Of a stretch of DNA of 64,000 bases, positions 38,378 through 47,531 are shown one piece after another (position 1 is the stretch's first letter; each line of letters begins with the position of its first letter). A model generated the notes under the pieces. It made no database searches and was not told where the DNA came from. It saw only the letters and a program-made list of their open reading frames with translations. This DNA comes from Treponemataceae bacterium. Its GTDB lineage: Bacteria; Spirochaetota; Spirochaetia; Treponematales; Rectinemataceae. Location: assembly GCA_963677895.2 (NCBI GenBank), contig CAXXGJ010000038.1, positions 606,826 through 670,825 on the forward strand, written 5' to 3'. A program made the translations under genes and the position numbers.

Positions 38378-39732
38378 TCCTTTTCGAGAACGTAAAGCTC
38401 CTTTCATTCAACCCGCCCGCCGTTTCGGGGGAATGCGACCTCGTCGCCTATGGACCGGAGGAGGAAGGCGCTAAGGCCGGGACGATCGCGGAGATCGGCG
38501 CCGGGCTGCGCGCGAAATACCCGCGGGCCGAACTCGCGGGCTCAGGCGGCTATCTCTCGCCGGGCCTCGTTTGCGCCCACACGCACCTTTATTCCGCGCT
38601 CGCGCGGGGCATGGAGGTGTCCATCCAGCCCTCCAAGGACTTCTGCCAGATCCTCGAGCACCTCTGGTGGAGGCTAGATAGGGCGATCGACTTGCCCATC
38701 ATCGAGGCGAGCGCACTCGCGGGCTGCGCCGACGCGCTGGCGGCCGGCGTCACCTCCCTCGTCGACCATCACGCGAGCCCCAGCGCCATCGACGGGAGCC
38801 TGTCGGTGATCAGGCAGGCTTACGAGGAAGTGGGCTTGCGCGGCATACTCTGCTACGAGACGACGGACCGGAATGGCGCCGATGACGCGCGCGGGGGGCT
38901 GTCCGAAAACCTGCGCTTCGCGCGCGAAGTGGACGGGATGCGCGCGCGCGGCCAGCGCCCACAGGTCGAGGCCGCCATAGGCGGCCACGCCGGCTTCACC
39001 GTCGGCCAGGAGACGCTGGAAGGCCTCGCCGACGCGGTGAAAGCCTCCGGCAGGGGCATCCACATCCACCTCGCCGAGGACAGGTACGACGCCGTCGATT
39101 CACGCTATCGCCACGGCCTCGATCTCGTCGAAAGGCTGGAAAAAGTCGGGGCTCTCACCCCCAAGGGCATCATCGGCCACGGCCTCTGGCTCACGCCCTC
39201 GGAGATCGAGATCATGAACGCCCGAGACGTCTTCCTCGCCCACAACGCGAGATCCAACATGAACAACGCGGTAGGCTACAACGCCCTCCTCCCGAAGCAC
39301 AGGAACGTCGTCCTCGGCACCGACGGCATGGGCGCGGACATGCTCGAGGAATTCAAGTTCGCCGTCTTCCGGCACAGGGAATCGGCCGGCCCCTGGTGGC
39401 CCGACAACTTCCTCGCCTGCCTCGACCGCGGCAACAGGCTTCTCGAGCGCTATTTTGCGGCCGATTTCGCGGCACCCGTCGCCTTCGGCGTCCTCGCCCC
39501 CGGCAATCCGGCCGATCTTGTCCTCTGGGACTACGACCCGCCCACCCCCCTCGACGCGGCCAACATCGCGGGACACATGGCCTTCGGCATGAGTTCGCGC
39601 TCCGTGCGCAGCGTCGCCGTCGCGGGTAAAATTCGCATCCAGGACAGGAAGCCCCTGTTCGATATGGAAAAAATCCAGGCAATGGCGCGCGCCCAGGCTC
39701 GCCGTCTCTGGAACAACATGGAAGGAAGGTGA
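38374..39732 (+). CDS. ssnA: SsnA aminohydrolase
   Basis: C.H.H.YSALARG, LWWRLDRA, DHHASP, CYET.DR, HNARSNMNN.VG, GTDG. Confidence 0.92.
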   Translation: MILFENVKLLSFNPPAVSGECDLVAYGPEEEGAKAGTIAEIGAGLRAKYPRAELAGSGGYLSPGLVCAHTHLYSALARGMEVSIQPSKDFCQILEHLWWRLDRAIDLPIIEASALAGCADALAAGVTSLVDHHASPSAIDGSLSVIRQAYEEVGLRGILCYETTDRNGADDARGGLSENLRFAREVDGMRARGQRPQVEAAIGGHAGFTVGQETLEGLADAVKASGRGIHIHLAEDRYDAVDSRYRHGLDLVERLEKVGALTPKGIIGHGLWLTPSEIEIMNARDVFLAHNARSNMNNAVGYNALLPKHRNVVLGTDGMGADMLEEFKFAVFRHRESAGPWWPDNFLACLDRGNRLLERYFAADFAAPVAFGVLAPGNPADLVLWDYDPPTPLDAANIAGHMAFGMSSRSVRSVAVAGKIRIQDRKPLFDMEKIQAMARAQARRLWNNMEGR

Positions 39733-40943
39733 CTATGGACAACGCGAAGATTCTAGCGAAAGCGAAGGAATACAGGGACTACACCGCACGCAACCTAAGC
39801 GAAATGATCAAGGTGCCGGGCTTCAGCACGACGGAAAAAGACCGCGTCCTCCTGCTGAAGAAACTCTGCGCCGAAGCGGGCATGGAAGATATCCACATCG
39901 ACGGCCTCGGCTCCCTTCTCGGACGCGTCGGAAAGGGCAAAAGAAAGCTCGTTTTCGACGCCCACATCGACACGGTCGGCGTCGGCGATCCCGCCCAGTG
40001 GAAAACCCCGCCCCACTCGGGCATGATAAAGGACGGCCTCGTCTACGGGCGCGGCTCCTCCGATCAGCTGGGCGGCGCCGCCTCTATGATCACCGCGGCG
40101 CGCATCCTGAAGGAACTGGCCTACGAAGGCGACTTCACCGTCTGGTTCGCCTTCACCGTCATCGAGGAAGACTGCGACGGGCTCTGTTGGAAATACCTCA
40201 TCGAGGAAGAGAAATTCGTCCCCGATTTCGCCGTCTCCACCGAACCCACCTCCTGCAGGCTCTACCGCGGTCACCGCGGGCGCATGGAAATCCAGATCGA
40301 CATCAAAGGCATCTCCTGCCACGGCTCGGCGCCCGAGCGCGGCGACTCGGCTGCCTACAAGGCGGCGCGCGCCGCCCTCGCCATCGAGAAGCTCAACACC
40401 GAACTGAAGCCGGATGACGACGAATTCCTCGGCAAGGGCACCATCACGGTATCGCAGATCAAGGTGCAGGGACCGAGCCAGTGCGCCGTGCCTGACCAGG
40501 CCATGCTCTACTGCGACCGCCGCCTCACCTGGGGCGAAAACGACGCGATCGCCATCGCTCAGGTCGAAAAAGCCCTGATGGAAGCCGGCGTGAACAACTT
40601 CACGGTAAAAATGCCCGAGTACGCCCAGCCGGCATACACGGGAACCCTCTACAGGCAGGAACTCTATTTCCCCACATGGAAAATCAAGGCCGACCATCCT
40701 CTCGTCCGTTCGGGCGTGGAAGCCTACGGCGACCTTTTCGGCAAGCCTCCCGTCGTGGACAAATGGACCTTCTCGACAAACTGCGTCGCCATCTGCGGCC
40801 GCCACCAGATCCCCTGCATCGGCTTCGGCCCCGGCGACGAGAGCCAGGCCCACGCACCCAACGAAATAAACAGGATCGATGACCTCGAGATCTGCGCCGC
40901 CTTCTACGCCGCCCTCCCCGGCAGGCTGGAGAAACGCGCGTGA
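39729..40943 (+). CDS. ygeY: YgeY M20 hydrolase
   Basis: DAHIDTV, GRG.SDQ.GG, EEDCDGLCW, EPT, RG.RGRMEI, FSTN, GFGPG.E..AHAPNE. Confidence 0.92.
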   Translation: MTMDNAKILAKAKEYRDYTARNLSEMIKVPGFSTTEKDRVLLLKKLCAEAGMEDIHIDGLGSLLGRVGKGKRKLVFDAHIDTVGVGDPAQWKTPPHSGMIKDGLVYGRGSSDQLGGAASMITAARILKELAYEGDFTVWFAFTVIEEDCDGLCWKYLIEEEKFVPDFAVSTEPTSCRLYRGHRGRMEIQIDIKGISCHGSAPERGDSAAYKAARAALAIEKLNTELKPDDDEFLGKGTITVSQIKVQGPSQCAVPDQAMLYCDRRLTWGENDAIAIAQVEKALMEAGVNNFTVKMPEYAQPAYTGTLYRQELYFPTWKIKADHPLVRSGVEAYGDLFGKPPVVDKWTFSTNCVAICGRHQIPCIGFGPGDESQAHAPNEINRIDDLEICAAFYAALPGRLEKRA

Positions 40944-42130
40944 AATGGCTCTACCGTTGCCCCACCTGCGGCGCCGCGTACGCGATTGAGCCCGGACGCT
41001 ACCTCTGCGATGAATGCGGCAAGAAAAACAAGCCGGGCATTCCCCTGGAAGGCGTCCTCGAATGCGTCTGGGAGAAGGAAGCGGGCGAACTGCCTGCTGG
41101 CATTCCCCTGCCCGTCGAGGCCGAATATTTTCCGCCTCTCCCCGTGGGCGAAACGCCGCTTTGGCAACCATCCAGGCTCCGCGAAGCCCTCGGGGCTCCA
41201 AACCTTTATCTGAAAGACGACACCTGCAATCCCTCAGGCTCCTACAAGGACAGGGCGAGCTGGCTCGTGGCGGCTTTCGCGCGCAAGTTCGGGCTCAAGG
41301 AAATCGCCCTCGCTTCCACAGGCAACGCCGCCTCGAGCATGGCCTGCGTGGGAGCGGCCGCCGGCCTCAAAATCACCGTCTTCCTGCCGGCCTCCGCGCC
41401 GGCGGCCAAGCGCGTCCAGGTCCTCCAGTATGGCGCCGAGCTGCGCGAGGTCCAGGGCACCTACGATCAGGCCTTCGACGAATCCCTCGCCTATTCGACG
41501 GCCACCGGCGTCCTCTCGCGGAACACCGCCTACAATCCCCTCACCATCGAAGGGAAAAAGACGGCCAGCTTCGAGATCGCTCGGAACCTGGCGCGCGCGC
41601 TCGCGCCCGCCTCCCACGCGAACGCCGTCGCCACCTACATCGCCCCCGATCACGTCTTCGTGCCCACGGGCGACGGCGTCATCCTGGCCGGCGTAATCAA
41701 AGGCTTCGAGGATCTGCTCAGGCTGGGCCTTACCGCCAAAATGCCGACCTTCTGGGCAGCCCAAGCCGAAGGCTCGAGCGCCATCGCGCGCGCCCTCGCG
41801 ACGGGCAGCTTCGAGGAACGTTCCTCCGATACCCTCGCCGACTCGATCTCCGTCGATGTGCCGCGCAACGGCAGCTTCGTCCTCGCCAAATTGAGAAAGT
41901 ACGGCGGCAAGGGCGTAACCGTCACCGACGAGGAAATCCTCGCCGCCCAGCGTATGCTCTCGTCCATGTCCGGCCTCTTCGCGGAACCCTCGAGCGCCTG
42001 CGCCTTTGCCTCCTACCTGAAAGCCATGCCGGTAATTCCCCGCGACGAATCCGTCGTCGTCATGCTCACGGGTTCGGGCCTCAAGGACATAAAGAGCGCC
42101 GCGAAGGCGGTGGGCGCCCGGCTCTCGTAA
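40940..42130 (+). CDS. Threonine synthase-like fold-type II PLP enzyme with N-terminal Cys4 ribbon
   Basis: CxxC..CxxC; NPSGSYKDR, ASTGNA, EGKKT, P.GDG, LTG.GLK. Confidence 0.85.
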   Translation: MKWLYRCPTCGAAYAIEPGRYLCDECGKKNKPGIPLEGVLECVWEKEAGELPAGIPLPVEAEYFPPLPVGETPLWQPSRLREALGAPNLYLKDDTCNPSGSYKDRASWLVAAFARKFGLKEIALASTGNAASSMACVGAAAGLKITVFLPASAPAAKRVQVLQYGAELREVQGTYDQAFDESLAYSTATGVLSRNTAYNPLTIEGKKTASFEIARNLARALAPASHANAVATYIAPDHVFVPTGDGVILAGVIKGFEDLLRLGLTAKMPTFWAAQAEGSSAIARALATGSFEERSSDTLADSISVDVPRNGSFVLAKLRKYGGKGVTVTDEEILAAQRMLSSMSGLFAEPSSACAFASYLKAMPVIPRDESVVVMLTGSGLKDIKSAAKAVGARLS

Positions 42131-42147
42131 CAAAGCGAAAAAGCATT

Positions 42148-42184
42148 AAAAAAGCGGCCGTCGATTCCCGACGACCGCTTTTTC
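42148..42184. terminator. Bidirectional terminator between convergent genes
   Basis: AAAAAAGCGGCCGTCG-ATTCC-CGACGACCGCTTTTT. Confidence 0.8.
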
Positions 42185-42197
42185 ATGAAACGAAAAA

Positions 42198-42884
42198 TCA
42201 ATGCGCGCACTCATGTCCTGGTTCGCCATGGCCCGCGCAGCCAAGGCCCGAATCGGCGAGGGTGCCCTTCGAGACCGCTAAAGCGGCTGCCTCGGCGGCC
42301 GCCTTGGCCGAACCCGAGGCCCCGCGCGTCACGACGATTCCCTGAGAGCCTAAAACGCGGACGGCTCCGTCTCCCATGTTGCCCGCCACGAGGTGGGTGA
42401 CTCCCGATTTCGCGAGGATTGAAGCCACGCCTGACTTGCAGCCGCATCCCTCGAGCGACGGTATGGACTGTTCTTCCACAAGCCCGTCGTTCTCGACGCG
42501 AAAAATAAGGAATTCCTTGCAGTGGCCAAAATGCTCGTCCACAAGCCCATCCCGTGAAGGTACCGCTATTTTCATGATCGTCTCTCCTTGTTCTCGTATG
42601 GTGATTTCGCCGCCCTCGATCCGCAGGGCTTTTCCGTTCAATATCGCGTCGGCGACCTTGTGCCGCGCGGCCTCCACGATCCGGCCGAAGGTCTGCCGCG
42701 ATACGCCCATGGAACGCGCGGCCGCCTCCTGGTAGAGTCCCTCATAGTCGGCGAGCCTGAGCGCCTCGGCCTCGTCGAAACCCAGTATGATTTCCTCCAG
42801 TCCGCGGGCGGGGATGCCGGCGGGCTTCATCACCCGCGAGGGAAGAGGGGCGCCAAGACGACGTTCGCTGATCGGACGTGGCAT
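42198..42884 (-). CDS. DUF134 HTH domain fused to a NifB/NifX (FeMo-cofactor-binding) domain
   Basis: MPRP, EALRLAD.EG..Q..AA..M.VSR.T, then MKIAVP..HFG.C..F..GCG.K. Confidence 0.85.
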   Translation of the reverse strand: MPRPISERRLGAPLPSRVMKPAGIPARGLEEIILGFDEAEALRLADYEGLYQEAAARSMGVSRQTFGRIVEAARHKVADAILNGKALRIEGGEITIREQGETIMKIAVPSRDGLVDEHFGHCKEFLIFRVENDGLVEEQSIPSLEGCGCKSGVASILAKSGVTHLVAGNMGDGAVRVLGSQGIVVTRGASGSAKAAAEAAALAVSKGTLADSGLGCAGHGEPGHECAH

Positions 42885-42893
42885 TACATTCTC

Positions 42894-43709
42894 CTAGCGG
42901 GGGCTCTTCCCGGCCTGAGCGGGACTTCCGGAAAGACCGGCAATGGCGAGTTCCACCTCGTTCGCTATCAGATCGGCTTCCTTTCGCGCTTCTTCCGAAA
43001 TCGCCGACCAGCGAATGGATCTTGCCTGGGCGATTTCCTTCCTCCAGGGAAGACTCGCGATGAGGGGCATACCCATCTGAGTAGCCCCGCTCTCGCTTCC
43101 GTCATCGAACAACGAGACCTTTTCCCCGCAGGAGGGGCAGATCATCGTTCTCATGTTCTCGACGATGCCGAGGACAGGCACCTTCAGCATGGCCGCCATC
43201 TTTACCGATTTCGAGACGATCATCGACACGTAGTCCTGAGGCGTGCCTACCACGACGATCCCGGCGAAAGGAAGCGTCTGCAACGCCGTGAGGGCGACGT
43301 CCGACGTGCCCGGGGGGAAATCGACGACGAGATAATCTAGCTCGCCCCAATCGGTATCCTCCCAGAACTGCTCGATCGCCTTCCCTAGAAGAGGGCCTCG
43401 CCAGATCACCGGCGCGTCCTCGTCTTCGTTGAGAAGATTGATCGAAAGGACCTTGATGCCCTCCTCGTTGACGATGGGGTATAGCTTTTGGCCGTCCGAT
43501 TCGGCCCGGAAGGAATCGACGCCCAGAAGCCTTGGCAGACTCGGCCCCGTGATGTCGGCATCGAGGACCCCGACCTTTCTGCCTTTGGCCGCGAGCGATT
43601 CCGCCAGCAGCACCGCCACGGTGGATTTGCCGACGCCGCCCTTTCCGCTCATGACGCCCACAACCCGCTTTATCGCGGGATTCCGCTTTTTCTCAGGAAC
43701 CAGATCCAT
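42894..43709 (-). CDS. Mrp/NBP35 (ApbC) Fe-S carrier ATPase
   Basis: SGKGGVGKS, DADITGPS, WRGP, WG.LDYL.VD.PPGTSD, ENM...CP.C. Confidence 0.92.
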   Translation of the reverse strand: MDLVPEKKRNPAIKRVVGVMSGKGGVGKSTVAVLLAESLAAKGRKVGVLDADITGPSLPRLLGVDSFRAESDGQKLYPIVNEEGIKVLSINLLNEDEDAPVIWRGPLLGKAIEQFWEDTDWGELDYLVVDFPPGTSDVALTALQTLPFAGIVVVGTPQDYVSMIVSKSVKMAAMLKVPVLGIVENMRTMICPSCGEKVSLFDDGSESGATQMGMPLIASLPWRKEIAQARSIRWSAISEEARKEADLIANEVELAIAGLSGSPAQAGKSPR

Positions 43710-43738
43710 AGCGCGACTCCTTATCGGTTCATATCGAT

Positions 43739-43784
43739 ATTATTGTCATATGCTCATAATGAAGCGATCGAAGAACATTGTCAA
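43739..43784 (-). promoter_or_regulatory. Promoter plus palindromic operator for the mrp-DUF134/NifX operon
   Basis: TTGACA (43784-43779)-17-CATTAT (43761-43756); imperfect palindrome ATTAT-TGT-CATATG-CTC-ATAAT (43739-43760). Confidence 0.6.
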
Positions 43785-43884
43785 GTTGCCCTGTAAAATT
43801 TCCGGAATGCGTCGTATACTATTCGAGCCGCGGGCGGTTCTCGCCGCCCGCGGTCTTCCATCACGCGTTTCAAAGGAGCCGCCG

Positions 43885-45342
43885 ATGATCGACCTTAACG
43901 TCAACGAAACTCAAAGAAAGAAAAATATCCAGCGATGCAGGGAAAAAGGCATTATCCTTCCCACCTACGCCCAGATGAGGGATCCGGCCAAGATTCCCGC
44001 CTCGGTGAAGAAAGAGCTGTCCGGCATCGGTCTTTGGGACGTCCATCCACGCAACCTTTTCCGAGTCAACTGGCACAATGCCCCCGTCGAAAAGGGCGGC
44101 GGCTTCGGCGGCGTCAATTTCCTCGAGATTCCGCGCGCCATTACCGGCACGAAGGCACGCATCATCGGTCTCGTCGGTAAATGGTTCCCCACGGGAGCGC
44201 ACAAGGTCGGCGCGGCCTATTCCTGCCTGGTGCCCGAGCTCGTCACCGGCCGGTTCGACCCGACGACCAAGAAGGCCGTATGGCCTTCGACCGGCAACTA
44301 CTGCAGGGGCGGCGCCTATATCTCCCGCCTCCTCTCCTGCCCCTCGATCGCCATCCTCCCGGCCGGCATGAGCCGCGAGCGCTTCGAATGGCTCAAGACC
44401 ATGGCCGAGGAAGTGATCGCTACCCCGGGATGCGAATCCAACGTCAAGGAAATCTTCGACAAGTGCATCGAACTCGAGCGGACGCGCCCCGACGCCGTCA
44501 TCTTCAATCAGTTCGACCAGCTGCCCAACAATCTCTGGCACTATCAGGTCACGGGACCGGCCATGGCCGAAGTCTTCGCGAAGGTGGCCAAGCCGGGCGA
44601 CCATGTCGCTGGCGCCGTCCTCTCCTCGGGATCGGCCGGAACGCTCGGTTCAGGCTCCTACCTGCGCGACCACTTCCCCGGCGCCAAGGTCGCCGTGGCC
44701 GAGGCCCTCCAGTGCCCGACCATCCTCGAGAATGGATTCGGCGACCACCGCATCGAGGGCATCGGCGACAAACATATTCCATGGATCCACAACCTTCGCG
44801 AAACCGACGCCGCCATCGGCGTCGACGACGAACTGCCCATCCGCTTCATCCGCCTCTTCAACGAGAAGGCGGGCCGCGACGCCCTTGTCGCCGCGGGAGC
44901 CGATCCCGAAGCCGTGGCCCAGCTGGGACTCCTCGGCATCTCGGGCGTCGGCAACCTCATCGGCGCGATCAAGATGGCGAAATACTACGAAATGGACGAG
45001 CACGACGTCGTCTTCACCATGTTCACCGACTCCATGGCCATGTACCAGTCCAGGCTCGACGAACTCAACGCGGAGCGCGGTCCCTACGGCCAGCGCCAGT
45101 CCGACAGGGACCAGGACAGACTCGCCGGAATTTCCGTGGATCATGTGTTCGAACTCTCGCAGGTGGACAAGCGCCGCATCCACAACCTCAAATACTTCAC
45201 CTGGATCGAGCAGCAGGGCAAAGATCTGGCCGAACTCAGGGCGCAGTGGGACGACCATCGAAATTACTGGGGCGGCCTCCACGCCCAGGTTGAAGCGTTG
45301 GACGATCTCATCGACGAGTTCAACGCGGAGGTTATGCGGTGA
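43885..45342 (+). CDS. Uncharacterised fold-type II PLP-dependent enzyme (cysteine synthase-like, ~485 aa)
   Basis: FPTGAHKVGA (Schiff-base Lys), PSTGNY, NQF, GSAGT, H.IEGIGDK; start after AAGGAG. Confidence 0.82.
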   Translation: MIDLNVNETQRKKNIQRCREKGIILPTYAQMRDPAKIPASVKKELSGIGLWDVHPRNLFRVNWHNAPVEKGGGFGGVNFLEIPRAITGTKARIIGLVGKWFPTGAHKVGAAYSCLVPELVTGRFDPTTKKAVWPSTGNYCRGGAYISRLLSCPSIAILPAGMSRERFEWLKTMAEEVIATPGCESNVKEIFDKCIELERTRPDAVIFNQFDQLPNNLWHYQVTGPAMAEVFAKVAKPGDHVAGAVLSSGSAGTLGSGSYLRDHFPGAKVAVAEALQCPTILENGFGDHRIEGIGDKHIPWIHNLRETDAAIGVDDELPIRFIRLFNEKAGRDALVAAGADPEAVAQLGLLGISGVGNLIGAIKMAKYYEMDEHDVVFTMFTDSMAMYQSRLDELNAERGPYGQRQSDRDQDRLAGISVDHVFELSQVDKRRIHNLKYFTWIEQQGKDLAELRAQWDDHRNYWGGLHAQVEALDDLIDEFNAEVMR

Positions 45343-46697
45343 TACTCCTCCGGAACTGCTTCAGGGTGCTCGCTGCCGACGCCGAACTATCAGGCGTCGA
45401 TATCCTCGTCGACAAAAATCGCATAACGCGGATAGGAGCGAACATCGTCGCTCCCGCGGGAGCCGATATCGTCGACGCGTCGCGCCATGTCGTCCTTCCG
45501 GGTCTCGTCAACACGCATCACCATTTCTACCAGACGCTGACGCGCAACCTGCCCGCCGTGCAAAACGCGAAGCTCTTCGACTGGCTCCTCTATCTCTACG
45601 AAATCTGGAAACATCTCGATCCCGAAGCCGTTTACTGGTCCTCGATGCTCGCGATGGCCGAGCTCGCCAAGACGGGCTGCACCCTCACCACCGACCATCA
45701 TTACCTCTACCCGGAAGGTTTCGGCGACGACATACCGGCGCTGCAGTTCAAGGCTGCGGCGGACCTGGGACTGCGCTTCGCGCCCACGAGGGGCTCGATG
45801 AGCCGCTCGAAGAAGGACGGCGGACTGCCTCCCGATTCCACGGTCCAGGACGAGGATAAGATCCTCGCTCATTGCGAGGCGACGATAAAGCGCTTCCACG
45901 ACCCGGCCCCCGATTCGATGCGGAAGGTAGCCCTCGCCCCCTGCTCGCCCTTTTCCGTATCCGAAGGCTTGATGCGCCGCAGCGCCGAACTGGCGCGCAA
46001 GCATGACGTCCGCCTCCACACCCACCTCGCCGAGACGAGCGACGAGGAAGCCTACTGCGTGCAGATGTACGGCAGGCGGCCCCTCAGGCTCATGGAGGAC
46101 TGCGGCTTCGTCGGCCCCGACGTCTGGTTCGCCCACGGCATCTTCTTCAACGACGAGGAACTCGATCTCCTCGCGAAAACGAAAACGGGCATCGCCCATT
46201 GCCCTTCCTCGAACATGCGACTGGGCTCGGGCATCTGCCGGGTTCGCGAGATGATCGACCGCGGCATACCCGTCGGCCTCGCCGTCGACGGTTCGGCCTC
46301 GAACGACTCCTCCGACATGCTGGGCGAGGCGCGCCAAGCCCTGCTGCTGCAGCGCGTCCGCTACGGATCGGCGGGCATAACGGCGCGGGAAGTGCTGAAC
46401 ATCGCCACGAAGGGCGGCGCCAACCTCCTCGGCTACGACGAGGCCGGGGTCATCCGCGAGGGCGCCCTCGCCGACCTCGCCCTCTTCGACGTCATGAAGC
46501 TCGAATACGTCGGCGCCCTGTCGGACCCGGTCGCCGCGCTTCTCTTTTCAGGGTACAACCACGGCGTCGATCACCTCATCGTGAACGGACGCTTCGTCGT
46601 GCGTTCCGGCCGGCTTCGCGGCGCCGACGAGGAGCTGATCCGCGTCAACGCCGAAAAAGCGGCCCGCCGGCTCTATACGTCCGCGGGCATTCTGTAG
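45339..46697 (+). CDS. 8-oxoguanine deaminase-like amidohydrolase
   Basis: PGLVNTHHHFYQTLTR, LF.WL..LY, DHHY, APCSPFS, HTHLAET, HCP.SNMRL.SG, VDGSASND. Confidence 0.82.
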   Translation: MILLRNCFRVLAADAELSGVDILVDKNRITRIGANIVAPAGADIVDASRHVVLPGLVNTHHHFYQTLTRNLPAVQNAKLFDWLLYLYEIWKHLDPEAVYWSSMLAMAELAKTGCTLTTDHHYLYPEGFGDDIPALQFKAAADLGLRFAPTRGSMSRSKKDGGLPPDSTVQDEDKILAHCEATIKRFHDPAPDSMRKVALAPCSPFSVSEGLMRRSAELARKHDVRLHTHLAETSDEEAYCVQMYGRRPLRLMEDCGFVGPDVWFAHGIFFNDEELDLLAKTKTGIAHCPSSNMRLGSGICRVREMIDRGIPVGLAVDGSASNDSSDMLGEARQALLLQRVRYGSAGITAREVLNIATKGGANLLGYDEAGVIREGALADLALFDVMKLEYVGALSDPVAALLFSGYNHGVDHLIVNGRFVVRSGRLRGADEELIRVNAEKAARRLYTSAGIL

Positions 46698-46706
46698 GAA
46701 AACCAT

Positions 46707-47531
46707 ATGGTAAAAGCATATTTCAGGCCAAAAACCGCCAGGGAAGCGCTCGAACTGCTTTCGAGCGAAGAGGGCGCCGTCCTCCTGGCCGGCGGCACCT
46801 GGCTCATGACATCCCAATTCGCCGAACGCCCCATGACCGCGATCGCGATCACGGACCTCGTCCCGAAGGGAATCGAGCGCCATGGCGACAGGATCATCAT
46901 AGGCGCGGGCGCGACTTTCCAGGATATAACCGATTCCGCGCTGCTTCCAGCCGCGCTGCGTGAGGCCGCCCTCTGTATGGCCGACAGGAACGTACGCAAC
47001 AGGGCGACGATAGGCGGCAACATAGGCGCCGATAAATCCTGCTCCAGCCTCCTGCCCTTCCTCCTCGTGGCCGAAGCGCGCTACAGCCGCGCCCAGGCCC
47101 CGGCCGTCACGGCGGCGGAATGGCAAGCGGCCAACCCGGCCGAAAAGGGATTGATCGCCGGCATCGAATTTGAACTTCCCGCGTCGCGCCGCTTCGCCGT
47201 CGGACGCTACGCCCGCACCTCCTGCGACGTGGCCGTCCTCACCTGCGCGGTCTCGGCCGAGCTAAGGGCCGAGGGCGCCTTAAGGGGCAATCAACCGGCC
47301 CTTCACGGCCTCCGAATCGCCATGGGCGGCCTCTCGCCCCACGCGCGCCGCTTCCCAGAACTGGAAAGCCTCTTTGAGGGCGTGCCGCCGCCGGACAAGG
47401 CCGCGATCGAAGCCGCAGCCGCGCCCCTCTTCGCTCCCGTCGACGACGTGAGGGGCGGCGCGGCCTTCAAGCGCCTCAGGGCGGCCGCCCTCCTCGCCGA
47501 TGTCCTTGTCTCGCTGGAGGCCTCCCTATGA
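46707..47531 (+). CDS. ygfM: Molybdopterin dehydrogenase FAD-binding subunit (YgfM-like)
   Basis: YFRP, LAGGT, IGA, RN.ATIGGN, DVRG; precedes xdhD. Confidence 0.75.
   Translation: MVKAYFRPKTAREALELLSSEEGAVLLAGGTWLMTSQFAERPMTAIAITDLVPKGIERHGDRIIIGAGATFQDITDSALLPAALREAALCMADRNVRNRATIGGNIGADKSCSSLLPFLLVAEARYSRAQAPAVTAAEWQAANPAEKGLIAGIEFELPASRRFAVGRYARTSCDVAVLTCAVSAELRAEGALRGNQPALHGLRIAMGGLSPHARRFPELESLFEGVPPPDKAAIEAAAAPLFAPVDDVRGGAAFKRLRAAALLADVLVSLEASL

Noticed and set aside
42198..42884. Nitrogen fixation inferred from the NifX domain or the homocitrate-synthase-like gene at 5437
   Set aside because: No nifHDK/ENB in the window; both families are common outside diazotrophs; the two genes are unlinked
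43429..43884. N-terminal extension of the PLP enzyme ORF (637 aa)
   Set aside because: Overlaps mrp on the opposite strand; good SD before ATG 43885
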